From positions 1 to 64,000 of IMG/VR virus record IMGVR_UViG_3300028920_000054: 64,000 bases of DNA. The stretch is one strand, 5' to 3'. The stretch's first letter is position 1. Each line of letters opens with the position of its first letter. Below are positions 17,390 through 27,273 of the stretch, one piece after another. The position numbers and the translations under genes were made by a program. Source of the DNA: a virus. Below the pieces are notes generated by a model. The model made no database searches and was not told where the DNA came from. It saw only the letters and a list, made by a program, of their open reading frames with translations.

Positions 17390-18002
17390 ATTCACAATTT
17401 TAGGATATCCAAGAAGTGGTGCAAACTGGCTTCGGTATATCATTCAAAGGTTATTGGAAGATGATGCACCACTCAACATACTTAAGGCAAACAATTCAAG
17501 TGCCTGTGTAAAGACACACGAAGCAAAAACCATAAAATATCCAACCACGGTTATCCTGATTTTGAGAGACTACAAGGATGCCATATCGAGTCACGTTCTA
17601 AGACGCAAGCACGGAAGGAACTATAGACCATTCGCAAGGGTAGAAAACATTGGCATCGTAAAGAAAGAAGCAGCGTGGTACTTAGAAACGCTTGAAGCAT
17701 TTGATAAAATTGAAGAACCAAAACTTGTTGTACATTACGAAGACCTTCTATTGCTTCCAGGCGAAGTAATTCCTACCGTTGGAAACTTTATCGGATGTAG
17801 CGAAGACGATTTGAGAAGGTTCCTTTTTAGTCTTGACGACCACTATGCGACTATGATGGAAATGTATAACAAGGTTCATGGAAGGTATTCATCTGGACAC
17901 ATTGGGTTTTATGGACAGCATAACACTCGTGAAGCGTTGGAAGCAATGCGGGAAATTCTTGGTTTTGGAATAGGAAAGAAATACCTTGGTAGATATTTGT
18001 AG
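17382..18002 (+). CDS. sulfotransferase-family protein
   Basis: GYPRSGANW (5'-PSB), KTH, RDYKDAISS (3'-PB), VHYEDL. Confidence 0.8.
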   Translation: MSRFTILGYPRSGANWLRYIIQRLLEDDAPLNILKANNSSACVKTHEAKTIKYPTTVILILRDYKDAISSHVLRRKHGRNYRPFARVENIGIVKKEAAWYLETLEAFDKIEEPKLVVHYEDLLLLPGEVIPTVGNFIGCSEDDLRRFLFSLDDHYATMMEMYNKVHGRYSSGHIGFYGQHNTREALEAMREILGFGIGKKYLGRYL

Positions 18003-18016
18003 GCCATGGTACGTTA

Positions 18017-18051
18017 AAACACTTGACAAGTGTTTAGTTTTATGATATAAA
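18017..18051 (+). promoter_or_regulatory. sigma70 promoter with a palindrome over the -35 box
   Basis: TTGACA(18023)-17-TATAAA; AAACACTTG-A-CAAGTGTTT at 18017-18035. Confidence 0.65.
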
Positions 18052-18065
18052 GTAAAGGAAATTAA

Positions 18066-18392
18066 GTGGAGACACATAAACTATCGGACATGATAAAGGG
18101 ATGGTTCGTTGGCGATTTTGAACCAACCGTATTTAAAACAAAAGATGTAGAAGTTGCTTTAAAGTATTACAAAAGCGGTGACACAGAACAAAGGCACGTT
18201 CATAAGATAGCAACCGAAATTACGGTTGTCATTTTCGGATTAGCAACAATGAATGGGAAGGAACTTGAAAAGGGAAGCATTGTTGTAATAGAGCCAAACG
18301 AATCAACCGACTTTGTTGCAACAACAAATACCGCTACAGTATGCGTAAAGGTTCCATCGGTTAAGGGAGATAAGTATGATTCTGATATCTAA
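18066..18392 (+). CDS. cupin-domain protein
   Basis: KGWFVGDFEP, HVHKIATEIT, VKVPSV..DKY. Confidence 0.8.
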   Translation: METHKLSDMIKGWFVGDFEPTVFKTKDVEVALKYYKSGDTEQRHVHKIATEITVVIFGLATMNGKELEKGSIVVIEPNESTDFVATTNTATVCVKVPSVKGDKYDSDI

Positions 18393-18912
18393 CCACCTTC
18401 TTTCGCTTGATGGTTTTATTCTACCGGATGATTCTGTTCTTCGTGTGAACTTGGCGTATGTAAAAGATGAAACCGAATTAGAATCAATCCTATACAAAAC
18501 AGACATGGATGTATTTCTTGACTTTCCAAAAGACAGAAAGAAACCACCGATTGGAAAGATATCATTGACATCTGCAATTGACATTGCAAACACACATGAA
18601 AAAATAAAGTATTTTGCAATTTCAAATGTAGAAGAACCTTGTTCAATTGAGACAATAAGGGGTTGTGTTGAAGAACGTGTTTCGGTTGTTCCAAAGATAG
18701 AAACCGTTAAAGGTGTTCTACGCCTTCAGGAAATAATAGACAAAGCAAGGCCAGTGTGTGTGATGCTTGACACCGAAGACTTGTTCACGGACGTTAGCAA
18801 TGTTGACGATTTTACGTCAATGTGTTCAAAGGTAGAAGATGTATGTAACAAGAACAATGTTGGATTATTAAAATTGTGGGGGGTTGTGTTTTGCGATACG
18901 ATGCATTCATAG
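18376..18912 (+). CDS. pyruvate kinase/HpcH aldolase-like barrel protein
   Basis: RVNLAY, FLDFP, AISNVE, PKIETVKGV, MLDTEDL resemble the PK barrel motifs RLNFSH/LDL/AKIE/MVARGDL. Confidence 0.55.
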   Translation: MILISNHLLSLDGFILPDDSVLRVNLAYVKDETELESILYKTDMDVFLDFPKDRKKPPIGKISLTSAIDIANTHEKIKYFAISNVEEPCSIETIRGCVEERVSVVPKIETVKGVLRLQEIIDKARPVCVMLDTEDLFTDVSNVDDFTSMCSKVEDVCNKNNVGLLKLWGVVFCDTMHS

Positions 18913-19238
18913 GCAGGTGGATATATTTTCATAAAGGCCATCTTGCTATGGTAAGAAAGGTTTATGACGCTAATAAAAGACCCATATTAATTATGGTAAT
19001 GAACACGGATGAAGAACCATCGCCATTTAAACGTGCGGTTGCCATAAAGAGGGTTTTGGACGAAAACGCAATTCCCCACAAGATTAAATTCATTCCACCG
19101 ATAGCTTCTATAAACTGGGGGCGTGATGTTGGGTATGAAACAAACCACATCGTTTTAGATAGCAAGATAGAAAAGATTTCAAGCACTAGAATAAAGAAAA
19201 AAATAGAATGTGGAATGGAGGTTGACGAATTGGTATAG
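18891..19238 (+). CDS. HIGH-superfamily nucleotidyltransferase
   Basis: FIGRW..FHKGH, GRDVGY, ISSTRIK. Confidence 0.75.
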   Translation: MRYDAFIGRWIYFHKGHLAMVRKVYDANKRPILIMVMNTDEEPSPFKRAVAIKRVLDENAIPHKIKFIPPIASINWGRDVGYETNHIVLDSKIEKISSTRIKKKIECGMEVDELV

Positions 19239-19666
19239 TGGATACTTCAGAACTTAATATAAAAATGCTTGAAAAAGCAAAAGAAATACAAGGCGCATGG
19301 CATCCAGAATATGGTGATTGGTTTTATGCCGACTGTGCGGTGTGGACAATAGGAGATGCTTCTTTTTATTTTGATATGCCAGATGAAAACAAGACTTACA
19401 AAAGACGGTTTTTCCCGGTTCCTTCAGTACAATGCGAAGATGAAAACTTAACAGAATGGAATAGAAGTGACATTGTGTGGATTCCTAGACAAGACCAATT
19501 ACAAAACATGATTATTGAGTTTGGTGCTCCACCAATTTCACTAATTGGCAGAGTTGTAAATTATGAACCAATTCCAATGTGGATGGATACGTGGGAGCAA
19601 TTCTTTCTTGTTATGGTGATGGATAAGCTTTATTCAAAACGATGGAACGGAGAAGATTGGGTATGA
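19238..19666 (+). CDS. hypothetical phage protein
   Basis: IKMLEKAKEIQ...WIPRQDQLQ...WEQ; coupled overlaps at both ends. Confidence 0.6.
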   Translation: MDTSELNIKMLEKAKEIQGAWHPEYGDWFYADCAVWTIGDASFYFDMPDENKTYKRRFFPVPSVQCEDENLTEWNRSDIVWIPRQDQLQNMIIEFGAPPISLIGRVVNYEPIPMWMDTWEQFFLVMVMDKLYSKRWNGEDWV

Positions 19667-20286
19667 TATATTGTGTTGGAGATTGTCACGCATCGTTTTT
19701 CTCTGGATTTGAAGAATTGGTGGAGCCGTGGCCAAAGGGTCACTTGGGAAAACTACCATACTTCAGATGTGCTAGAATAGAGCGTGTTTCTGTAGCCAAC
19801 GAATTGATGGAAAAGATTGACAAGGTTCTGAAGGTCATAGAAGGTCTTGGGATAACAGAAAGCGATAGCCTTATGCTTGTATATGGTGAACCGGATTGCA
19901 GGCGTGACATTCCAAGATACCTTACTGAAAATCCAAAAGCAGACTATCACGAAACAATAACATACTTTGCCGACAAATACATTGAGTGTATAGAATTTCT
20001 CAGCAAAAGATACAACATGATGATATTCGGTGTTTGGGGCCAAGGTGTTAATCCAAGAAATTCTTATATGACACAGGTTGACAGAAACAAGATAGTTGTA
20101 GAATTTAACAAACGAATAGAAGCATATTGCAAAGAAAATGATATACCGTTCATCAGCATTTACGAAGAAACCGTTAAGGATGGAATAACCAAAGACGGAT
20201 GGTTAAAAAAAGACTTGCACATACACTTAAGTCAAACTGCGATGCCAACTGTTATAGAAAAGTTTAAAGAAAGGGGATTGATATGA
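19663..20286 (+). CDS. SGNH-hydrolase-like protein (copy 1)
   Basis: IYCVGDCHASFF, GEPDCR, C-terminal HL; Cys at the usual GDS serine position. Confidence 0.65.
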   Translation: MIYCVGDCHASFFSGFEELVEPWPKGHLGKLPYFRCARIERVSVANELMEKIDKVLKVIEGLGITESDSLMLVYGEPDCRRDIPRYLTENPKADYHETITYFADKYIECIEFLSKRYNMMIFGVWGQGVNPRNSYMTQVDRNKIVVEFNKRIEAYCKENDIPFISIYEETVKDGITKDGWLKKDLHIHLSQTAMPTVIEKFKERGLI

Positions 20287-20717
20287 TCTATTGGTTTACC
20301 GGACAACCGGGAGCTGGAAAGACTACCTTGGCCTATGCTCTAAAAAACAAGTTGGGCGGAATCCACTTAGATAGTGATGATATAAGAAAGTCGCTTAGTA
20401 ATTGGGACTATTCAGAACTTGGAAGAAAAAAGTACATTCCAAAGGTTCAGATGTTAGCAGAATGGCTTCATTCCTTCCAGATAAATGTTTTCGTTTCAAT
20501 GGTTGCGCCCTATCGTGAATTGCGTGAAGACCTTAAAAGTCGAGATGATGTGTGTGAAATTTATCTCCACACAAATGAAATTCGTGGTAGGGAAGAATAT
20601 TTTTTAGAAGACTATGAACCACCACTTGAAAACTTCATTGATATTGATACAAGTATGCCAATAGAAGAATGTATTGATAAAATTTGTGAAAAAGCAGAAA
20701 GTGTAAGTCATGTTTAA
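20283..20717 (+). CDS. cysC: adenylylsulfate (APS) kinase
   Basis: WFTGQPGAGKTT, HLDSDDIR, VAPYRELR, YEPP. Confidence 0.85.
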   Translation: MIYWFTGQPGAGKTTLAYALKNKLGGIHLDSDDIRKSLSNWDYSELGRKKYIPKVQMLAEWLHSFQINVFVSMVAPYRELREDLKSRDDVCEIYLHTNEIRGREEYFLEDYEPPLENFIDIDTSMPIEECIDKICEKAESVSHV

Positions 20718-20979
20718 CAGAAAGATTAAAAAAGAAATATCATACATCAAACTTGATATAGCTAGAATAAAAAAAGAACTAAGTTGTGAGCATAAGAATG
20801 TTACGTTTGGGTATAAACTTGATTTTGGTTATGTAAAGTCTTGTGATAATTGTAACAAAACATTAAAGAAATACAACAGTGTGCTTGAAATGAATGAAGA
20901 TGCACTTAATGTGCTAATCAATAACGCAGAAAAAACAAAGAAACAAATAGAAGCACTTAAGGCACAATTGGAACGATGA
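20710..20979 (+). CDS. hypothetical protein
   Basis: Coupled ORF with C.H and CDNC. Confidence 0.5.
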   Translation: MFNRKIKKEISYIKLDIARIKKELSCEHKNVTFGYKLDFGYVKSCDNCNKTLKKYNSVLEMNEDALNVLINNAEKTKKQIEALKAQLER

Positions 20980-21587
20980 TATACTGCATTGGGGATAGCC
21001 ACGCTTCGTTCTTTACAGGTAAAGACGAAATGGTTGATATATGGCCACACGTAGAAAAGAATACAGGCCCTTATTTCAACGGAATAAGAATAGGCCCAAT
21101 GTCTGCACACAACCTTTTGTCAAATAAAAATAGAATTATAGATATAACAAACAAGGTTGGCGATTGGAAAGAAGATTACCTTATGCTTCCACACGGTGAC
21201 AGTGATTGCAGATACGAAATCCCAAGACTTCTTGAAGCCGGATGGGATGCGGTTTGCGATGCTGTTGATGAAAGCGTAGATGGATACTGTAAAGCAATAT
21301 CTTTTTTCAATGAAAGGTTCAGCTTGATTATATGGGGCGTTATAGGCGCAGGTCCACCGTCAATATATAGTTATGGAACCCAAGAAGAAAGAAACGGAAT
21401 CGTGATGATGTTTAACGAAAAGGTAAAAGACTTTTGTGAAAAAAATGCCATTCCGTTTGTTACAATATATGACGATATGGTGGAAAACTTTATAACCAAA
21501 AATGGTTGGCTGATAGACGAAATTCATCTTGGGCAGACAGCGATGCCACTTGTTATCGAAAAGTTTAGGAGTGCTGGCCTTGTTTAA
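20976..21587 (+). CDS. SGNH-hydrolase-like protein (copy 2)
   Basis: IYCIGDSHASFF, GDSDCR, DEIHL. Confidence 0.7.
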   Translation: MIYCIGDSHASFFTGKDEMVDIWPHVEKNTGPYFNGIRIGPMSAHNLLSNKNRIIDITNKVGDWKEDYLMLPHGDSDCRYEIPRLLEAGWDAVCDAVDESVDGYCKAISFFNERFSLIIWGVIGAGPPSIYSYGTQEERNGIVMMFNEKVKDFCEKNAIPFVTIYDDMVENFITKNGWLIDEIHLGQTAMPLVIEKFRSAGLV

Positions 21588-22443
21588 AAAGATACACTTT
21601 TTTAACGGATTCCATTGTGGTGACGTTCATGTATCACGTGAATTTGTAAGGTGGATTGTGGAAAACGTTCCCGCAGAAGAATACGTTTACAGCCATATAC
21701 ACGACAGCAAACTTATATCCGATATTGATGGACTAAAGCATGAATCAATTCTACCGTATCCCAAAAAGAGCGAATGGAGATTGAAGGACAACGCTCTTTA
21801 TATCAATACTTGGTACAGAACCGTTCCTTCGATACACGACAAATACGACTGCACACTACAGTGTTTGTTTCAGATGTTTAAAGAAAGTTTGGAATGGCTT
21901 GACATAAAAGTTCCAGACGATATTCTTTTGTTCGTACCAAGGATAGACTATTATAAATACGAACTCTCACACGTAAGACCAATAATGTCAAAGTTCACAA
22001 GATTCCGAAAGGTATTTATTTCAAACGGGATGGTTCTTTCTGGTCAGTCAGAGAATTTTGATTTTGACCCAATCATAACAAGGCTTGCAGATAAGTTTAA
22101 AAATGTAATATTCTTTGTTTCAAATCGCAATGGAGATATAAAGAAAGAAAACGTAATTTACACAAGAAGCATAATAAAAACACACCTTAACGACCTAAAC
22201 GAAAATGCATACATCGCAAGGCTGTGTCCAATAATAGTGGGGCGTGGTTCGGGTGCATACACTTTTTCGCTTAATACAGATAATTTCTTTAACGACAACA
22301 AGGTAATGGTAAATTTCGGAAAGGAACATATCGGAGCATTTGGATTAAGGGGGCAAGTTCCGGTTAAGTTTGTTTTAAGTGAAGATTATGACAATGTTGA
22401 AGAGGTTGTGGCAAAAGAAATAGGGCTGTATTGGGGAATTTAA
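21580..22443 (+). CDS. putative glycosyltransferase-like protein
   Basis: FFNGFHCGD, SGQSENF, DLNENAY..IIVGRGSG resemble GT-B-type phage proteins. Confidence 0.5.
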   Translation: MFKKIHFFNGFHCGDVHVSREFVRWIVENVPAEEYVYSHIHDSKLISDIDGLKHESILPYPKKSEWRLKDNALYINTWYRTVPSIHDKYDCTLQCLFQMFKESLEWLDIKVPDDILLFVPRIDYYKYELSHVRPIMSKFTRFRKVFISNGMVLSGQSENFDFDPIITRLADKFKNVIFFVSNRNGDIKKENVIYTRSIIKTHLNDLNENAYIARLCPIIVGRGSGAYTFSLNTDNFFNDNKVMVNFGKEHIGAFGLRGQVPVKFVLSEDYDNVEEVVAKEIGLYWGI

Positions 22444-22444
22444 A

Positions 22445-22978
22445 GTGAGAAAACCGGAACTAATCGGAGTCTGTAAAACAAGTTTTTTCATGCACAAGTT
22501 TGCTTATGTTGGGAATAGTGTATATGTGTTTAACAACGCCCTTATACTTAATCCTGAAAACATTCTCCTTTGGGACAATGTAAGGGTTGATGATTATTGT
22601 AGAATAGAAGGTGGAACCGGAACTGTCCTTAGAAGCAGGGTACACGTTGCATCCTTTTCGGGAATTCTTGGCGGTGGGGAATGCGATGTTGGGGAATACT
22701 GCTCAATTTCTCAGGGGGCAAGGTTGCTGACTGGAACAAATACACCTGATGGATATATGACAGCCATGGCCTTTAAAAAGGATGCGGGTGTTTATAGGGG
22801 CTTTGTGCATATAGGTAAACATGGATTTGTCGGTGTGAATGCGGTTATAATGCCTGACGTTACGGTAAACGAAGGTGGAGTTGTTGGTGCGGGTGCGGTT
22901 GTTACAAAAGATGTCGAACCATGGACAATCGTTGCCGGTGTCCCTGCTGTAAAAATAGGAGAAAGGTTTCCATTATGA
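22445..22978 (+). CDS. hexapeptide-repeat (LbetaH) acyltransferase
   Basis: VGVNAVIMPDV..GAGAVVTKDV.PW.IVAGVPA. Confidence 0.88.
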   Translation: MRKPELIGVCKTSFFMHKFAYVGNSVYVFNNALILNPENILLWDNVRVDDYCRIEGGTGTVLRSRVHVASFSGILGGGECDVGEYCSISQGARLLTGTNTPDGYMTAMAFKKDAGVYRGFVHIGKHGFVGVNAVIMPDVTVNEGGVVGAGAVVTKDVEPWTIVAGVPAVKIGERFPL

Positions 22979-23502
22979 TAACAGTTGAAGAAGCCGAAGT
23001 AATTGTAAGGGAAAGATTTGGATTTGACCTCGTTCACACGGGGTCTACACACCTTCCGGTTTTGATAAGTGCGCTAAGCAGAACCAATGGTGCCGTTCTT
23101 GAAATGGGGACGGGACTTTTTAGCTCGCCCGTTCTACATGAACTTTGCATGGAACAGGAAAGGTTACTTGTTTCTTATGAAGACAACAAAAAATATTGTG
23201 AGCTTGCGGCTAAAAGACAGGCGGATTTACACAGAGTTAATTTCGTAACAAGCTACGACCTTGCAGATGTTAAACTTGCATGGGGTGTTGTTTTAATAGA
23301 CCAACACCCACCGATGAGAAGGGCAACAGACATTATACGAGTGGCTAATTTAGCAGAATATATTGTTTGCCACGATGCAGAACCTGAAATGGATTATGCG
23401 TATAGATACAGCACAGTAGCGCCGCTGTTTAAGTATAGTTGGACTTACGATAAATTTAAAACACATACCACCGTGTTTAGCAATTGGAGTGAGTGGAAAT
23501 GA
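22975..23502 (+). CDS. methyltransferase-like protein
   Basis: THLPVL, VLEMGTGLFSS, VLID, HDAE. Confidence 0.65.
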   Translation: MITVEEAEVIVRERFGFDLVHTGSTHLPVLISALSRTNGAVLEMGTGLFSSPVLHELCMEQERLLVSYEDNKKYCELAAKRQADLHRVNFVTSYDLADVKLAWGVVLIDQHPPMRRATDIIRVANLAEYIVCHDAEPEMDYAYRYSTVAPLFKYSWTYDKFKTHTTVFSNWSEWK

Positions 23503-24299
23503 AGCACTGCCACTTCAGCATATTGTGGAATGAAATTACGTTCTTGAAGCAGAAACTTCCGTTCCTGTACGAACACTTTGACCAGATAATATTCTATGAT
23601 TTGAATGTAGTAGATGGGGAACCAAGATTCTCTGATGACGGGTCACACGAATATATACTTAACTTCCCCGACAAGGAAGGTAAGATACATTTAATAGAAC
23701 GAAAAGACCTTAGCAAAGTAAAGCCTACCGTTGGTGCATCCGTTGTTGGAAAGCAAAGAATGTTCATATTCGGTTCTCAATATGTAAGAGATGATATTGA
23801 TGTTTTCTGGTGTACCGATATGGATGAATTCTTTAACGCAAGTCTTATAGAAAAAGTGGAAAATGTTTTTTCAACAGAAGATGCTGAGTCAATAAGCGTA
23901 AGGCAATATATGTTTTGGAAGAATCCAAGAACTATGTTGTGCTTTACAGACAACGATACACGCCAAGGTCCGGTTCGGATAGCACGACACAAAAAAGATA
24001 ACGTTTATGGACACTGTTTTCTTGCTGCACAATACACTCCGGTATATGAGATAAAAGATGAATTCTTTTATCATTTTGCATTTGTTGGCGAAAAAAGAAT
24101 GAAGTTCAAAAGCAAATACCACAGCGTAAGAAATGACTTTTGGGATACGTGGAATGATTTTGATGAACGAAAGGTTGGGAACGAGATATATGGACACCCA
24201 AGGATGCATCCAAATTCTTCTATAAATATGGGGGTAAAGAAATTTTATGGTGAATACCCTGATTACATTGACATAAAGGCGATTGAAGATGGTAGTTAA
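23499..24299 (+). CDS. GT2-like glycosyltransferase (copy 1)
   Basis: WNE, SDDGSHE, TDMDEF DxD motif. Confidence 0.75.
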   Translation: MKHCHFSILWNEITFLKQKLPFLYEHFDQIIFYDLNVVDGEPRFSDDGSHEYILNFPDKEGKIHLIERKDLSKVKPTVGASVVGKQRMFIFGSQYVRDDIDVFWCTDMDEFFNASLIEKVENVFSTEDAESISVRQYMFWKNPRTMLCFTDNDTRQGPVRIARHKKDNVYGHCFLAAQYTPVYEIKDEFFYHFAFVGEKRMKFKSKYHSVRNDFWDTWNDFDERKVGNEIYGHPRMHPNSSINMGVKKFYGEYPDYIDIKAIEDGS

Positions 24300-24813
24300 A
24301 GAAACCCCGTGGTTTGGAGAAGCGGTAATAAGCTTCATGTTAGAAAACATTAAACCCACAGACACCGTGTTTGAATACGGTTCTGGCGGTTCCACTGTAT
24401 GGTTTGCAGAAATGGCGAAGTCAGTTGTTTCTGTGGAACACGATTTAAAGTGGTACGAAAGCGTTAGAAAAGTAATTGCCGATAACGTAAACCTTATTTA
24501 TGTACCACCTGACGAAGTTTTTGACAAGGAATATTTAAGCGAAAGCTATGGTGCAATAGGTGGAAGGTCGTTTAAAGAATATGTTTCCACAATAGACCCG
24601 TTTGAAGAATTTGATTGGGTTGTAATTGACGGAAGGGCAAGGAATCAATGCATAAAACATTCCGTAGATAAGTTCAGAAAATTCATTCTGCTTGACGATT
24701 CATATAAAACGCAGTACCGTGAAGGAATTGGATTACTTTCTAAATTCAAACAACAGATTTTCAGGGGGGATGCTGATGGGATTATGTCGGAAACGAGGAT
24801 ATGGAGTAGATGA
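24283..24813 (+). CDS. class I SAM methyltransferase
   Basis: FEYGSGGSTVW, SVEHD..W, VIDGRAR, LLDDS. Confidence 0.8.
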   Translation: MKMVVKETPWFGEAVISFMLENIKPTDTVFEYGSGGSTVWFAEMAKSVVSVEHDLKWYESVRKVIADNVNLIYVPPDEVFDKEYLSESYGAIGGRSFKEYVSTIDPFEEFDWVVIDGRARNQCIKHSVDKFRKFILLDDSYKTQYREGIGLLSKFKQQIFRGDADGIMSETRIWSR

Positions 24814-25304
24814 TTAGGGAGGGTATAGAATCGGATTTTAGGGAAATAGATTCCCTAAGAAAAAGCGAAGGTTCTGCACTAGGGTTTATACCAATGGATG
24901 TGTATCTATCGGTTCTTGGAAAGAGGCGTGTTGCCAACAGAGATAGATACAAATATCAGAATATATGGGTATATCTTGATAATAACGACATAACCGGATT
25001 TGTTTACGGACACTTCTTTAGAGACATTGCCAAGATTGAACAAATTGTTGTAAGAAAAGACGCTAGAAGGTGGGAGCGAGCAACCGCACTAGAGGCAATC
25101 GTAAGACAAAGAGCCGCTTCACTAAATAAGACCGGAGTAAGTTGTCGAGTTGCTTATGACCTTGAATCAAACTATTTCTGGAAAGCTATTGGATATACTC
25201 CCATAAATATTGTAACGTCAACGTGGCTTAACCAAAGAGAATCTAAAAGCAAAAGACCCCTTGTGGTATATTTGTGTGACTTTGGACTTCCACTTTTTGT
25301 ATAA
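24810..25304 (+). CDS. GNAT-family acetyltransferase
   Basis: QIVVRKDARR motif A; SNYFWKAIGY motif B. Confidence 0.75.
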   Translation: MIREGIESDFREIDSLRKSEGSALGFIPMDVYLSVLGKRRVANRDRYKYQNIWVYLDNNDITGFVYGHFFRDIAKIEQIVVRKDARRWERATALEAIVRQRAASLNKTGVSCRVAYDLESNYFWKAIGYTPINIVTSTWLNQRESKSKRPLVVYLCDFGLPLFV

Positions 25305-25316
25305 TAAAGGAACAAA

Positions 25317-26114
25317 ATGAAGCACTGTCATTTTAGTATTCTATGGAACGAAATAGTCTTCCTAAAGCAGAAGCTACCATTTCTATATGAGCATTTTGAC
25401 CAGTTGATTTTTTACGATTTGAACGTAATAGAAAAACCACACAGGTTTTCAGATGACGGTTCGCATGAATTTATAAAGAACTATCCTGACCCCGAAAACA
25501 AGATAACGCTTATCGAAAAGACTGACCTTGACGATGTGGTTGCTACGGTGGGAGGTTCTACCATTGGTAAGATGAAGATGTTTGTGTATGGTTCACAATT
25601 CGTTCGTGACGATATGGATGTTTTTTGGTGTACTGACATGGATGAATTTTTCAATGCGAGTCTAGTTAAAAGGGTTGATGATATCCTGACAAACCACAGA
25701 GCTATAAACATTATAAAAGTAGAGCAGTATTTATTTTGGAAGAATAGAAGGTTCATAACTTGCTATCCACAAAGAGATAGGCGAAGGGGGCCGGTACGAA
25801 TCGCACGTCACGTAAAAGGAAACGTTTATGGACATTGCCACCTTGGAAAACAGTTCAGCCCTGCATTTAAAGAACGCAGTGAAGTGCTGTATCATTTTGG
25901 ATTGGTTGGTGATGAACGAGTAAGATTCAAGGCAGGATACCATGGGTCAAGAAAAGAATTTTGGGATATATGGGACAACTTTGACGAAAGTAAAGTAGAC
26001 GATAGTTTTTATGGGTTTCCAAATATGCACTTTCACCCTGAAGTTAGAATGGGAATAAAGAGATACTACGGAGATTTTCCAGATTACCTTGACTTGGATG
26101 CGATAGAAGTATGA
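25317..26114 (+). CDS. GT2-like glycosyltransferase (copy 2)
   Basis: Clear paralog of 23499-24299 (MKHCHFSILWNEI...DVFWCTDMDEFFNASL). Confidence 0.75.
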   Translation: MKHCHFSILWNEIVFLKQKLPFLYEHFDQLIFYDLNVIEKPHRFSDDGSHEFIKNYPDPENKITLIEKTDLDDVVATVGGSTIGKMKMFVYGSQFVRDDMDVFWCTDMDEFFNASLVKRVDDILTNHRAINIIKVEQYLFWKNRRFITCYPQRDRRRGPVRIARHVKGNVYGHCHLGKQFSPAFKERSEVLYHFGLVGDERVRFKAGYHGSRKEFWDIWDNFDESKVDDSFYGFPNMHFHPEVRMGIKRYYGDFPDYLDLDAIEV

Positions 26115-26704
26115 AAATATTAGTTTTAGAACCCCATGCAGATGATGCCGCCATTGGATGTGGGGGAACAATAGCAAGGCTTGCAGAAGAAGGACATATC
26201 GTCTGGTCTTTTATATTCACCAAAAGAACCTACGGAGACTACATAAAAGAAACCGAAGACGCATTTAGACTTCTAGGAATAGGATATTATACACCACTTA
26301 ATTATTGCGTTAGGTTGTTGGATGGGCATAGGCAACAAATTCTTGACAATCTTATAGAAATGAAAAAAGCCTTCCACCCAGATATTGTCTTTCTTCCTTC
26401 ACCGACAGACGTTCACCAAGACCATTCAGTTGTTGCTCGGGAAGGTGTAAGGGCTTTTATGGATTGTTCGGTTCTTGGATACGAAGCGCCACGAAATGAA
26501 CCGCAGACACACCACACAATGTTTTACGAAATAACCGAAGGGCAGTTGGATAAAAAGGTAAATGCTATAAATTGTTACGTGAGTCAGTTGGAAGGAAGGC
26601 CACAGATGGGCGAAGACTTTATAAGAAGCCTTGCCAAGATACGTGGTGCTCAGATAGGAAAAAAGTATGCAGAAGCGTTTACCGTATATAGGTATATCAA
26701 TTGA
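26111..26704 (+). CDS. PIG-L/LmbE-family N-deacetylase
   Basis: PHADDA, DVHQDH, Y.SQ, RGAQ..YAEAF. Confidence 0.88.
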   Translation: MKILVLEPHADDAAIGCGGTIARLAEEGHIVWSFIFTKRTYGDYIKETEDAFRLLGIGYYTPLNYCVRLLDGHRQQILDNLIEMKKAFHPDIVFLPSPTDVHQDHSVVAREGVRAFMDCSVLGYEAPRNEPQTHHTMFYEITEGQLDKKVNAINCYVSQLEGRPQMGEDFIRSLAKIRGAQIGKKYAEAFTVYRYIN

Positions 26705-27273
26705 AGTTTTCAGACCTTAAAGAACCGATAAGATTGTATGCCGGTGATATTCCCTTGTGGCGAAAGGACAATATTGTTGGGCTATCCTTAACCAGAGACG
26801 ATGGGCGGCACATAAAACACGATATAACAATTCCATTTCCATTAGACGATGGTTCGGTTGACAGATTTGAATCGGAAAGCGTATTTGAATATATAAAACC
26901 AACTAAACTACACAGCGTTATCAATGAGATACACAGGATATTAAGGGTCGGTGGACTCTTTAGATTGTCGGTTCCAGACTATAGAAGCCCAATAATGTAC
27001 GACAGGTGTTTGAAGTGTGACGGTAAAATTTACGAAGACCCGTTTGGAGGAAAGGGTGTTGTGTGGTTTCCAACTATTGAATCAATGGTATGGTTGTTGG
27101 AAAAGACACAGTTTAAAAATGTGGAATACCTACACTATTATCTTCTAGATGGAACACCCGTTGCGAAAAAGATAGACCATTCACTTGGCAAGATACAGCG
27201 AACACCGGATTTTGATATCAGAGTAAAAGATACGGGACTACCGCTTTCTTTGGTGGTGGATTTGGTGAAATAA
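26701..27273 (+). CDS. methyltransferase-fold protein
   Basis: HDIT.PFP..D.SVD...E.VFE...EIHRILRVGGLFRLSVPD. Confidence 0.7.
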   Translation: MKFSDLKEPIRLYAGDIPLWRKDNIVGLSLTRDDGRHIKHDITIPFPLDDGSVDRFESESVFEYIKPTKLHSVINEIHRILRVGGLFRLSVPDYRSPIMYDRCLKCDGKIYEDPFGGKGVVWFPTIESMVWLLEKTQFKNVEYLHYYLLDGTPVAKKIDHSLGKIQRTPDFDIRVKDTGLPLSLVVDLVK

